Below, piece by piece: positions 36,199-49,564 of a DNA stretch of 64,000 bases. The notes beneath the pieces are model-generated. The model searched no databases. It was given only the letters and a program-made list of their open reading frames with translations, and had not been told where the DNA came from. The first letter of the stretch is position 1. Every line of letters starts with the position of its first letter. This stretch comes from Octopus vulgaris (Eukaryota), in the NCBI GenBank assembly GCA_951406725.2, contig OX597824.1, positions 75,640,001 through 75,704,000 on the forward strand, in the 5' to 3' direction. Position numbers and translations under genes: made by a program.

Positions 36199-39100
36199 GC
36201 TGCTGGTATTCGTATGTTTCCTCCGTAACTTAGCAGATCGGCAAAAAAGAAAACTGATAGAATAAGTATCAGATTTTATAAAATAAGTTCTAGGGTCAAC
36301 TCGCCTACAACCATTTCAGCCGTTGCTCCAGGATGGTCACAATCAAGTGACTAAAACAAGGACATCATGAAGGATAAACGACTAACTTCATATATATTTC
36401 CATGCAATTCAATTTATCTAAGTGATTTGATTTATTAGATACGTATAGAGAAACAAGATAACAGGCTTTTCTGTCGTCTCTTATTTCAAAAGAAGACAAA
36501 AGCCAGAAATTTCAGGAGTAGGATACAAAGCCAGTAATTTCAGGAACAAAACACAAGGCCAGCAAATTCAGGAATAAAACACAAGGCCAGCAATTTGAGG
36601 AGTAAAACAGAAGGCCAGCAACTTCAGGAGTACAACACAAAAGGACTGCAATTTCAGGAATAGAGCACAATGCCAACAATTTTAGGAGTAAAACACAAGG
36701 CCAGCAATTTCAGAAGTACAACACAAGGCCAGCAATTTCAGGAGTAAAACAGAAAGCCAGCAACTTCAGGAGTACAACACAAAAGGACTGCAATTTCAGG
36801 AATAGAGCACAAGGCCAGCAATAGAGTAACACAGAAGGCCAACAATTTCAGGAGTGGAAAACAGGCCAGCAACTTCCGAAATACAACACATGGCCAGCAA
36901 TTTCAGGAGTACAAAACAAGGCTAGGAATCACTACTCTTTGTGTTCTACTCCTAAAATTGCTGGCCTTCTGTTCTGCTCCTAAACTTGCTGGCCTTGTGG
37001 TAAACTCCTAAAATAGCTGACCTTCCGTTCTACTCCTCAAATTAACAGCTTTGCATTCTACTCCTAAAATTGCTGGCCTTGTGTTGCACTCCTGAAATTG
37101 CTGGCCTTCTGTTTTACAACTGAAATTGCTGGTCTTGTGCTCTATGCCAGAAATTGCTATCCTGCTGTCCACTACTGAAATTGTTGGACTTGTGTTATAT
37201 TCCTGAAATTGCTGGCCTTCTGTTTTACTCCTGAAATTCCAAACCTTGTGTTATACTCCTGACATTGCAGGCCTTGTGTTTCACTCCTAAAATTGCTGGC
37301 CTTGCAATCTGCTCTTGAACTTGCTGGCCTTTCATTCTTCTCCTGAAATTGTTGGCCTAGTGTTTTACTCCTGAAATTGTTGACCTAGTTTTCTACTCCT
37401 AAAATAGCCGGCCTTGTTTTCTACTCTTGAAATTGCTGGCCTTTTGTTCTACTCCTGAAATTGTTGGCCTTGTGTTCTACTCCTGAAATTGCTGGACTTC
37501 TGTTTTCCCTCTGAAATTGCTGGCCTTGTGTTTACTCCCAAAATTGCAGTCCTTCTGTTCTACTCCTAGAATTGCTGGCCTTGTGTTCTACTTCTGAAAT
37601 TGTTAGCCTTGAATTCTACTCTGAAATTGCTGGCCTTGTGTTCTAAACCTGTAATTTCTGACCCTGAGTTCTCCTCCTGAAATTGCCTGCCTCTTGTTCT
37701 ACTCCTGAAAATAGCTGCTTTTGTGATGTACTCTTTAAACTGCTGGCCCTGTGTTCTACTCCAGAAATTGCTGAGATTGTGTTGTACTTCTGAAATTGCT
37801 GGCCTTCTGTTCTACTGAAGAAATTAATAGCATTGTGTTCTACTCCTGAAATTTCTCACTCAGAGTTTTACTCCTAAAATTGCTGGCCTTGTGTTCTAAA
37901 TCTGTTACTGGTGGGCTTGTACAGTACTCCTGAAATTGCTGGCCTTGTGTTCTACTCCCAAAATATCTGTTCTACTCCTTATGTTCTACTCCTGTTATTG
38001 TTGGCCTTGTGTGCTACTCCTGAAAGTGCTGGCCTTGTGTCCTACTCCAGAAATTGTTGGCATACTGTTCTACACCTGAAATGTGTGGCCTTGTGTTCTA
38101 CACATGAAATTACTGGCATTATGCTATACTCGTGAAAGTGTGTGCCTTGTGTTCCACTCCAGAAATTATTGGGCTTCTTTTGTACTCCTGAAATTGCTAG
38201 CCTTGTGTTCTACTCCTGAAAATTTTGGCTTTCTGTTCTACTCCGAAACTTAATGACATTGTGTTCTACTCCAAAATTTGCTGGCCTTGTATGCTACTCC
38301 TGAAATAGCGGCCTAATGTTGTACTTCAGAAATTGCTGGTGTTGTGTTCTACTCCTGAGTTGGTGTCTTTGTGTTCTACTTCAATTGCTGGCATTGTGTT
38401 CTACTCATGAAATTGCAGGCCCTGCATTCTACTCATGAAATGGCTGGACTTGTGTTTTTCTCCTGAAATTATTGGTCCTCTGTTCTACTCCTGAAATTAT
38501 TGAACTTGTGTTCTACTCCAGAAATTGCTGGCATTGTGTTCTACTCTTGAAATCACTGGCCTTGTATTCTACTCCTAAAATTGCTAGCCTTGTTTTCTAC
38601 TCTGAAATTGCTGGCCTTGTGTTCTAAACCTGCAATTTCTGACCCTGATTTCTCCTGAAATTGCCAGCTTTTTGTTCTACTCCTGAAATAACTGGTTTTG
38701 TGATGTACTCTTTAAATTGCTGGCCTTTTGTTCTACTCCAGAAATTTCTGGCCTTGTGTTCTACTCCAGAAATTGCTGGCATTGTGTTCTACTCATGAAA
38801 TTGCTGACATTCTGCTGTACTCCTGAAATTGCTGGCCTTGTAATCTACTCCTGAAATTGCTGGCCTTGTAATCTACTCCTGAAATATTGGAGTTATGCTC
38901 AAGTCATGAAATTGCTTGCTTTGTGGACTGCTCCTGAAACTGCTAGCCTAGTGTTCTACACCCAAAATTGCTGGCCTTGTGTTCTACTCGCGAAATTGCT
39001 GGCCCTATGCCTTTCTTCAAAAGTTTTTGCTCTTGTGTTCTCTTCTTGAAATTACTGGCCTTGTGTTTTCCTCCTGAAATTCCTGGCCTTGTGTGCTACT

Positions 39101-39395
39101 AGTAAAATTGCTGGCCCTAAGTTCTTCTCCTAAATTTGCTAACCTTGTGTTCTTCTCATGAAATTGTGGGCCTTGTGTTCTGCTCCTTAAATTGTTGGCC
39201 TTGTGTTCTACTACAAAAATTGCTGGCCTTTTATTCTCCTCCTGAAATTCCTAGCCTTGTAGTCTAATACTGACAATGCTGGCCTTGTGTTCTACTCATA
39301 ATATTGCTGGACTTGTGACCTACTCCTAAAGTTGTTGGCTTTGTGTTCTACTCCTGAAATTACTGACATTGTTTTCCATTCCCGAAAAAGCAGCA

Positions 39396-39618
39396 AGCTG
39401 GCAGAAATGTTAGCACGCCGGGCGAAATGCTTAGCGGTATTTCGTCTGCCGCTACGTTCTGAGTTCAAATTCTGCTGAGGTCGACTTTGCCTTTCATCCT
39501 TTTGGGGTCGATAAATTAAGTACCCGTTACGCACTGGAGTTGATGTAATCAACTTAATCCCTTTGTCTGTCCTTGTTTGTCCCCTCTATGTTTAGCCCCT
39601 TGTGGGAAATTAAGAAAT
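39396..39618 (+). mobile_element. Family B SINE monomer inside the satellite
   Basis: GCTGGCAGAAATGTTAGCACGCC...GAGTTCAAATTC...TAGCCCCTTGTGGG..AAGAAAT. Confidence 0.88.
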
Positions 39619-41849
39619 TGCTGGCTTTGTGTTGCCAGCAATTTTAGGAGAAATCCACAAGGCCAGCAATTTCAGGAGTAGAACATGAGGCTTGCAATTT
39701 CAGGAGTAGAATGCAAATGCAGAAATTTCAGGAATGAAACACAATAAAAGATATCTCAGGAGTAGAATACAATGCCTGTACATTCAGGAGTAGACACAAG
39801 GCCAGCAATTTCAGGAGCAGAACACATGACCAGCAATTTCAGGAGTAGAAAACGAGGTGTGCAATTTTAGGTGTACAACACGAGATAATCAATTTCATGT
39901 GTAGCTCATAAAGCCAGCTATTTCAAGGGTAGAACACAAGGCCAGCAATTTCAGAAGTAAGGCAACAATGCCAGCAATTTCACAAGGCCAACAATTTCAG
40001 CAGTAGAACACAAGACCATTAATTTATTCTTGGATTTGAACACAATGCCATTAATTTCAGGAGTACATGACAAGGCCAGCACTTTTAGGCATCGAATACA
40101 AGGCCAGCAATTTCAGGAGTACAACACAAGGCCAGCAATTTAAGGAGTGGAACACATGGCTAGCAATTTTATGAGTAGCACTGAAGGCCATCAATTTTAG
40201 GCTTAGGAAAGAAGGCTGGCATCTTAAGGAGTAGTACACAAGGCCAGCAAATTTAGAGTAGAGCACACATGCCAGCAATTTCAGGAGAAGGATACAAGGC
40301 AAGCATTTTTAACAGTAGAATACAAGGACCATTAATTTTACGAGAAGTATATAAGGCCAGGATTTTAGCAGTAGAACACAAGCCCAGCAATTTTTGAAGG
40401 AGAACACAGGGCCAGCAATTTCAGGAGTAGAACGCAAAGCCAGTAATTTTAGGAGTAGAACACAAGGTCAGCTATTTTTGAGTAGAAGACAATGACAGCA
40501 ATTTCAATAGAAGCACACAAGATTAGCAATTTCAGCAGTAGACACAAGGCCAGCAATTCCTGGAGTTGAACACAGTGTTATTAATTTCCGGAATAGAAAA
40601 CAATTTCAGGTGAAGAGCACAAAGCCAGCAATTTCAGGAGTAGTATAAAGGGCCATTAATTTTTGCAGTAGCACACAAGTCCTGCTATTTGAAGAATAGA
40701 TCACAAGGCCAGCAATGTCAGGAGTAGAACACAAGGCCAGCAATGTCAGGAGTAGAACACAAGGCCAACAATTCCTGGAGTTGAACACAGTGACATTAAT
40801 TTCAGGAATAGAAAACAATTTCAGGTGAAGAGCACAAAGCCAGCAATTTCAGGAGTAGTATAAAGGGCCATTAATTTTTGCATAAGCACACAAGTCCATG
40901 CTATTTGAAGAGTAGTTCACAAGGCCAGCAATGTCAGGAGTAGAACACAAGGCCAACAATTTGCCAGCAATTTTAAGAGTAGAACACAAAGCCAGCAATT
41001 TTAGGTGAAGCTGAACAGAAAGCCAGCAATTTCATAAGTTCAACACAAGGCCATTAATTTCAGGAGTAGTTCACAAGGCCAGCAATTTTAGGAGTAGAAC
41101 TCAATGCCAGCAATTTTAAGAGTAGAATACAAGGCCAGCAATTTTAGAAGCTGAACACAATGCCAGCAGTTTTAGACATAGAATGCAAGTAGAACACAAG
41201 GCCAGCAATTTCAGGAGTGGAATGCAAGGCCAGTAAATTAAGGATTAGAACACAAGCAATTTGTGGAGTTTACAGCAGACATTAATTTCAGGAATAGTAA
41301 GTAAGGCCTGCAATTTTAGGAGTAGAACACAAGAGCAGCAAATTTTTGGAGAAGTATACAAGGCCAGGAGTTTTAGCAGAACACAATGACAGCAATTTCA
41401 ATGGGAAAAGACAAGTTCAGCAAATCCAGTAGTAGAACAGAAGGTCAGCAATTCTAGGAGTAGCGTACAAAGCCTGCAATTTCAGGAGGGGAACAAAAGG
41501 ATAGCAATTGCAGGGGCAGAACACATGGCCAGGAAAATTTAGGAATAGAACACAAGGCCAGCAATTTCAGGAGGAGACACAAGGCTAGCAATTTCCGGTG
41601 TATAACACAATGACAGCAATTTCAATAGAATAACACAAAGTCAGTAGTTTCAGCAGTGGACAGAAGGCCAGCTTTTTGAGGAGTAGAACACAGGGCCAGA
41701 AATTTTTTTGGAGTAGAATACATAGTCAGCAATTTCAGGAGTAAAACGCAAGGCCAGCAATTTCTGGAATAGAAAAGAAGGCCAGTAATTTTAAAAGTAG
41801 AACACATGGACAGCAATTTTAGGAGTGGAAAACAAGGCCAGCAATTTTC

Positions 41850-41902
41850 GGAACCCGTGCTAGCGTGGAAAACGGACGTTAAACGATGATGATGATGATG
41901 AT
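41850..41902 (+). mobile_element. About 50 bp extreme 3' stub of the RTE LINE family
   Basis: GTGCTAGCGTGGAAAACGGACGTTAAACG(ATG)n matches the terminus of the 23655-27775 LINE. Confidence 0.85.
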
Positions 41903-43558
41903 ATACAAGGCCATTAATTTCAGGAGTAGAACAGAAGGCCATCCATTTTAGGAGTAGAACACAAGGCCAGCAATTTCAGGAAGTAGAAAACAAGGGCTGT
42001 AATATTAGGAGTAGAACACAAGGCCTGCAATCTTAGAAGTAGGCCACAAGGCCAGCCATTTCAGGAGTAGAACACAATACCAGGAATTTTAGGTGTAGAT
42101 CACAAGGCCAGCCATTTCAGGAGTAGAACATACGACCAGCAATTTTTGGAGAACACAAGGCCAGCAATTTTAACTGTAGAACACAGTGACAGCAGTTTCA
42201 ATAGAAGAACACAAGACCAGCAATTCCAGAAGTAGAACACACAGCCAGCAATTTTAGGAGTAGAACATGACGTCATTAATTTGAAAAGTAGAATTAAAGG
42301 CCAGCAATTTTAAGCGTAGAACACAAAGCCAGCAAATTTAGGCATAGAGCACAAGGCCAGCAATTTTAGGTGTAGAACAAAATGACAGCAATTTCAATAA
42401 AAGAACACAAGGCTAGCATTTTTAGAAGTAAAACGCAAGGCCAGCAATTTTGGGAGACGAAGACATCAGCAATTTTCAGAGCAGAACACAAGGCCTGAAA
42501 TTTCAGGTGTAGAACACAGAGGCAGTAATTTCAGCAGTAGACACAAGGCCAGGAATTTTAGGAGTAGAATGCAATGTTAGCAATTTCAGTAGAATAACAC
42601 AAAGCCAGCAATTCCAGGAGTAGAACACAAGTCCAGCAATCTTCAGAGGAGAACACAATATCAGCAATTTTAGGAGCAGAGCACAAGGTCTCCAATTTGA
42701 ATAGAAGAACAAAATGCCAGCAATTCCAGGAGTGGAACACAAAGCCAGCAATTTCAGCAGTTCACTCGAGGCCAGCTATTTTTGTAGTAGGACGCTATGA
42801 CAGCAATTTCAATAGTGGAACACATGACCAGCAATTTCAGTAGGGAAACACAAGGCTGGCAATTTCAGGAGTAGATGACAATGACAGAAATTTCAATAGA
42901 AACACACAAAATTAGCAATTTCAGCAGTAGACACAAGGCCAGCTATTTTAGGAGTAGAATACAAGAGCAGCAAATTTAGGAGAAATATACAAGGCCAGGA
43001 TTTTTAAGAGTAGAATACAAGCCCAGCAATTTTAGGAGAAGAAAACAAAGCCAGGATTTTTAGCAGTAGAACACAAGCCCAGCAATTTTTGAAGTAGAAT
43101 ACAAGGCCAGCAATTTCAGGAGTAGAACGTAAGGCCAGTAATTTTAGGAGTAGAACACAAGGTCAGCTATTTTAGGAGCAGAAGACAATGATAGCAATTT
43201 CAACAGATGTATACAAGATTAGCAATTTCAGCAGTAGATACAAGGCCAGCTATTTTAGGAGCAGTACACAAGGCCAGCGATTCCTGGAGTTGAACACGGT
43301 GTTATTAATTTCAGGAGTAGTAAACAATTTCAGGAGAAGAACACAAGGCCAGCAATTCCTGGAGTTGAACACAGTGCCATTAATTTCAGGAGTAGATCAC
43401 AAGGCCAGCAATGTCAGGAGTAGAACACAAGGCCAGCAATTTGTTGAGTTCAAAACAGTGACATTAAATTCAGGAGTAGTAAACAAAGCCAGCTATTTTA
43501 GGAGAAGAACAGAAGGCCAGCAATTTCATAAGTTGAACACAATGCCATTAATTTCAGA

Positions 43559-43775
43559 TGCTGGCAGAAACGTTAGCACGCCGGAAGAAATGCATAGCCG
43601 TATTTCGTCTGCTGTTACGTTCTGAGTTCAAATTCCGCCGATGTCGACTTTGCCTTTCATCCTTTCGGGGTCGATAAATTAAGTACCAGTTACGCACTGG
43701 AGTAGATATTAATCGACTTAATCCGTTTGTCTGTCCTTGTTTGTCTCCTCTGTGTTTAGCCCCTTGTGGGTAGTT
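43559..43775 (+). mobile_element. Family B SINE monomer at the satellite edge
   Basis: Same head, core and tail as 39396-39618. Confidence 0.88.
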
Positions 43776-44602
43776 AGCGTCTCTATATCTCTGGGAGAGA
43801 AAATGGTAGGAAACTGATAATAGAAATAGATGAGAAAATGTTATTTAACCACAGTGAGTAGTTTAAATGGGCAGCTATTAATGTAACCCACTCTCATTTT
43901 GACGAGCCGAATATTTATGAGAAGGAATTTACACCGGAGCAGAAACTCTAATTAAGACCTAATTAACGATCTAATTAAAAGGTTTTGTATTGTCTTCCAA
44001 TGCCTGGGATGTTTCTTAATTTCTTCCTTTCATGTTAACTGTGTCTAAGACACGTTTGTATGTTGCATTCAGCACGTAGCTTGAAAACAATGTTTCTGTG
44101 TATTTCTTCTTAATTAGTGTATAGTGAATAGTAAAAAATGCTTCTTAAATTAGAAATCCATATTTAAAAGGGTTCATATATGATATGACATGAATAGATT
44201 CAGTTGGGTTTAGTGAACAATTCTGCGAAGAATTTGACGCTGGAGTAGAAGGTCTAATTAATTCCTAATTAAATGTCTAATTAAAACTTCTTAATTTGTT
44301 TTTCCATACCTGTTTTTTTCCCTTAAGTTTTCATTTAAGTATCACTTGTGTCTAAGAAATAATATTCAATGTGATTCATTACTGGAGCTTAAAGTCTAAT
44401 TAAATTAGTTATTTACGCAAATTGATTATCTCATAATTAATCCATACCTAAGTATACTTAAGAACCACGTTTCATGGTATTAGGACCATTTGTACACATA
44501 TTGTGCCTTGCCAGTATTTTGGAGCTTCAAGTCGAATCAAATCAGGACTGGCTCTCAGTTTATAACACTTAGACGAAAACGGTAGAATACCATAGAGTTT
44601 CA

Positions 44603-44982
44603 GGAGGCGCAATGGCCCAGTGGTTAGGGCAGCCGACTCGCGGTCGTAGGATCGCGGTTTCGATTCCCAGACCGGGCATTGTGAGTGTTTATTGAGCGAA
44701 AAGACCTAAAGCTTCACAAGGCTCCTGCAGGGGGTTGGTGATGAACCCTGCTGTACTCTTTCACCACAACTTTCTCTCACTCTTTCTTCCTGTTTCTGTT
44801 GTACCTGTATTTCAAAGGGCCAGACTTGTCACATTCTGTGTCACGCTGAATCTCTCTGAGAACTACGTTAAGGGTACAAGTGTCTGTGGAATGCTCAGCC
44901 ACTTGCACGTTAATTCCAAGAGCAAGCTGTTCCGTTGATAGTATCAGCTGGGACCCTCATCGTCGTAACCGACGGAGTGCTC
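44603..44982 (+). mobile_element. Complete family C (tRNA-Arg-like) SINE
   Basis: Pol III A/B boxes. Flanked by the direct repeat CATAGAGTTTCA (about 44591 and 44987), a probable TSD. Confidence 0.88.
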
Positions 44983-45331
44983 CTATCATAGAGTTTCAAC
45001 TTAAAATCCTGTTGTGATTGATCTGGGATGACCAGCAATATTGTATAGTTGGTTCAGTTGAACCTTTCGCTCATCTTAGATGTTAGCAACTTCAGAACGA
45101 ATTTCAAACAGAAAAAATTTACAAGAAAACTTATTTAGTGTGTGTCAGCAAAACGTAATTTAAAAGAGAAAGACAAAGACATACTCAAACATTTTTTGTG
45201 GGGCAGAAAATTATAAAAAGTTTCAGACAAAATTTCCAGTTCTGGATAAATATTCTTGTCTGACGGCAATATTTAGAATTATGGTAACTTTATGGCATTC
45301 TGAAACTAGAAAGAGCAAAACGAAAAGAACT

Positions 45332-45577
<246 letters not shown>

Positions 45578-45729
45578 AAGAATATCCAAGAATATTCATC
45601 CATCCAGGAATGGAAATTTTATTATTCTGAAGCACTTGATTTTTTTTTCCCCAACTTTCCTCCACCTCTTTTCATGCAACATTTTTTATTAAATACATAC
45701 ATACATGCATACATACATACATACATACA

Positions 45730-45787
<58 letters not shown>

Positions 45788-46027
45788 CATATGTGTGTAT
45801 ATTTGTATGTGTATGTATATATATGTATATGTATATATACTCTTTACTCTTTTACTCTTTTACTTGTTTCAGTCATTTGACTGCGGCCATGCTGGAGCAC
45901 CGCCTTTAATCGAGCAACTCGACCCCGGGACTTATTCTTTTGTAAGCCCAGTACTTATTCTATCGGTCTCTTTTGCCGGTGTGTGTGTAAATATGTATGT
46001 ACGTATATGTGTATGCATATATTTATG

Positions 46028-46081
<54 letters not shown>

Positions 46082-46154
46082 CGTACATTCATATATATAT
46101 ATATATATATATACATTCATATATATATACATACATATATTCATATATATATAT

Positions 46155-46209
<55 letters not shown>

Positions 46210-46225
46210 TTCATTACATACATCC

Positions 46226-46270
<45 letters not shown>

Positions 46271-46284
46271 CATTACATACATCC

Positions 46285-46316
<32 letters not shown>

Positions 46317-46568
46317 TAATTTTCATAATTTTGCCAACGAATAAATAGCCAGTCAAAATAAACGCTGACTCAGAAAAAAAATATGCACACACAGACGCAA
46401 ACACATGCGCACATAAATGTATATGCGTACAAGCATACATACACACGTACATACATTCCCTGCCATTTATGTACACACGCATACCTTTGTACGTATATAT
46501 CTAAACATATTCAAAGTATGCATATATGCACATACGTACTTGCATAGACATACGCACATAAATAAAAC

Positions 46569-46850
46569 CGTGTGGTAAGAAGCTTGCTTCACAACCACAT
46601 GGTTCTGGGTTCTGTCCCACAATGTAGAACATTAGACAAGCATCTTTTACCATAGCCTCGGACCGACCAAAGCCCAGAGAGAGGATTTGGTACAGGGAAA
46701 CTGAAAGAAGGCCATCGTATACCAAATCCACTCACAGGGCTTTGATCGGCCCAAGGCTACAGTAGAAGACACTTGCCCAAGTTGCCACGCAGTGGAACTG
46801 AACCCGGAACCATGTAGTTGGGAAGTAAGCTTCTTACCACACTGCTGCTC
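46569..46850. repeat. Two family A SINE heads in inverted orientation
   Basis: Plus copy 46569-46720 is followed immediately by a minus copy 46719-46850. Confidence 0.82.
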
Positions 46851-46882
46851 CTTATACATACATACATACATACATACATACA

Positions 46883-46913
<31 letters not shown>

Positions 46914-46965
46914 GCATATATACGTATGTATGCAGATTTTTTCAATGTGTACGAATAACAAGGAA

Positions 46966-47000
<35 letters not shown>

Positions 47001-47164
47001 ATAGTTACCAGGGTAGCAAAAATCCATATAAGTGCCAGAGATATTACAGCCTACTTATAAAAGTAGAAACTCCAGGGTTAAGTGAATTGTTTTTGTATAA
47101 CATGTATAAATTAAGAAATAGAGTCAAACGCAAGTATTATTCAAATCATTTATACTTCCAGCAC

Positions 47165-47367
47165 ATGTTTCAAATAAAGCATTGAGGTCATTCCGGAATG
47201 GAAAAAAAATTATGTAAAACAATGCAATCATCTCGTCAGGGACAAAAAGGAACAAAACCCATCAATAAGCAATTTTAACCGAATGTGATTACCCTGACGA
47301 GATGATTGAATTGTTTTACATCATTTTTGTTCCCTCCAGAATAATCTCAATGTGTTTTTTTGAAACG
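47165..47367. repeat. Inverted pair of Penelope-pLTR-like segments with degenerate hammerhead cores
   Basis: GTTTCAAA...TGTAAAACAATGCAATCATCTCGTCAGGG and CCCTGACGAGATGATTGAATTGTTTTACA...TTGAAAC. Confidence 0.65.
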
Positions 47368-47369
47368 TT

Positions 47370-47747
47370 ATTTTACTCTTTTACTTGTTTCAGTCATTTG
47401 ACTGCAGCCATGCTGGAGCACCGCCTTTAGTCGAACAAATCGACCCCGGGACTTATTATTTGTAAGCCCAGTACTTATTCTATCGGTCTCTTTTGCCGAA
47501 CCGCTAAGTGACGGGGACGTAAACTCACCAGCATCGGTTGTCAAGCAATGCTAGGGGGACAAACACACACATACACATATACATATATATACATATATAC
47601 GACAGGCTTCTTTCAGTTTCTGAAAGGCATTGATCGGCCCGGGGCTATAGCAGAAGACAGTTGCCCAAGATGTCACGCAGTGGGACTGAACCCGGAACCA
47701 TGTGGCTGGTTAGCAAGCTACTTACCACACAGCCACTCCTGCGCTTA
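47370..47747 (-). mobile_element. Family A SINE
   Basis: Reverse complement of the consensus with a small internal deletion. Confidence 0.85.
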
Positions 47748-47752
47748 TATTG

Positions 47753-47863
<111 letters not shown>

Positions 47864-48336
47864 GTGTGTGTATGTATATATGTATGTATGTATCTATGTA
47901 TGTATGTATCTACATGTATACGTATATCTGTATGTATGTATGTATATGTGTGTGTGTGTGTATTTATGCCTGTGTTTGTCCTCCATCACTACTTGACAAC
48001 CGATGTTGGTGTATTTATGTCCCCGTAACTTTTCGGCAAAAGCGACACCGATAGGATAACTATTAGGCTTTAAAAATAAGTCCTGGAGTCAATTTACTGG
48101 AGCACCACCTTGAAGGGTGGTGCTCCAGCACGGCCGCAGTCAAATGACCGAAACAAATAAAAGAATAATAAGAGTATATGTGTGTGTGCGTGTGTGTGTG
48201 TGTTTGTGTTTGTGTGTATAAGCAAACGTACATGAATACATACACAGAGACACACGCACTCATGCATATACATGTAGGTATGAATATATAATATACTTTA
48301 ACTCATGCGTACACAAACACATACATACGTTCCACG

Positions 48337-49529
48337 GGATCCCGAAAAAAGCACTCTAGGACAAAAACCCCTCAGACAAAAGTCCCTCGGAAAAAGGCCC
48401 ATGGTTATACTTTTCGGTAATTTTTTCATTTTTTTCATCTTTTACTTGTTTCAGTCATTAGACCGTGGCCATGCTGGGATACCGTCTTGAAGAAGTTTTA
48501 GTTGAACGTATCGATCCCAGAATTCTTTTTCTTTCTTACTTGTAGCAGATATTAGACTGCGGCTGGCCATGCTGGGGCACTACCTGAGAGAATTTTTAGA
48601 TGGCTGTGTGGATCCCAGAAAGTTTTTTAAGCCCCATCAAACCCACTTCTGTGATATATTTCGTTTATATTTTCTTTTTACTTGTTGCGGCCATGCAGGG
48701 CCACCACCTTGAGGAATTTTTAGTCGAATGTATCGACCCCAGAATTTTTTTAAACGATTTTCAACCAGCACATAAAGTTAAGCCTAGAAGGTATCTCCAC
48801 ATGCTAGAAATAACAGCCAAATCTTTAATTTTTTTTAATATTTCGTTAGAATTTCACGTAAACAAAAACAGAAATCGCGGTTGTAAAACAAAAATTTTTT
48901 TCCAGAATTCCAATTTTTAAGTAAAAATATATTCAATCGAAAATATATAAGTAGAATAGAATAACAGAACACAATACTCTTTACTACTCAATGTACATAT
49001 TGTATGAATTCTAACAAAAGGGAAAGCATTTACTTCAAGAAATGTGTAGAAACATAAAAACGGTACGCTTGAATGATTAGCCTTCGGCGCCATAATTCTA
49101 TTAGGCCTTCAACGGCCGGTGAAAGTTCAAAAGGTCAGTTCATTCTCATTAATCTGTAAGTGCTGAGAGAAGAAAACAAAAAACTTTAAGTATAAATTTT
49201 GAAATGCTGATTTTTCTGCAAATTCTTCAGCATGGCCGTAGTCCAGTGACTGAAACAAGTAAAAAGAGTTTTAGAAAATAAAATAAAAAACGAAGAATAA
49301 CCCCAAAAATATAACCGAGCCGAGGGGTGGGGGTTACATTTTTACACTTTAATTGTTTCAGTCATTTGATTGTGGCCATGCTGGAGTACCACCTTTAGTC
49401 GAACAAATCGACCCCTGGACTTATTTTTTGTAAGCCTAGTATTTATTCTATCGGTTTTTTTGCCGAATCGCTGAGTTACGGGGACGTAAACACACCACCA
49501 TCGGTTGTCAAGTGATGTTGGGGGGACAA

Positions 49530-49564
<35 letters not shown>

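Larger units (their letters stand above)
36495..43558. repeat. About 7 kb satellite of about 30 bp units (AAGGCCAGCAATTTCAGGAGTAGAACAC) in three orientation blocks
   Basis: Forward about 36495-36930, reverse about 36935-39632, forward about 39633-43558. Units are diverged. Confidence 0.95.

Noticed and set aside
36495-43558. CRISPR array or repetitive protein gene
   Set aside because: Units abut with no unique spacers, there are no cas genes, the context is eukaryotic, and all frames have frequent stops.
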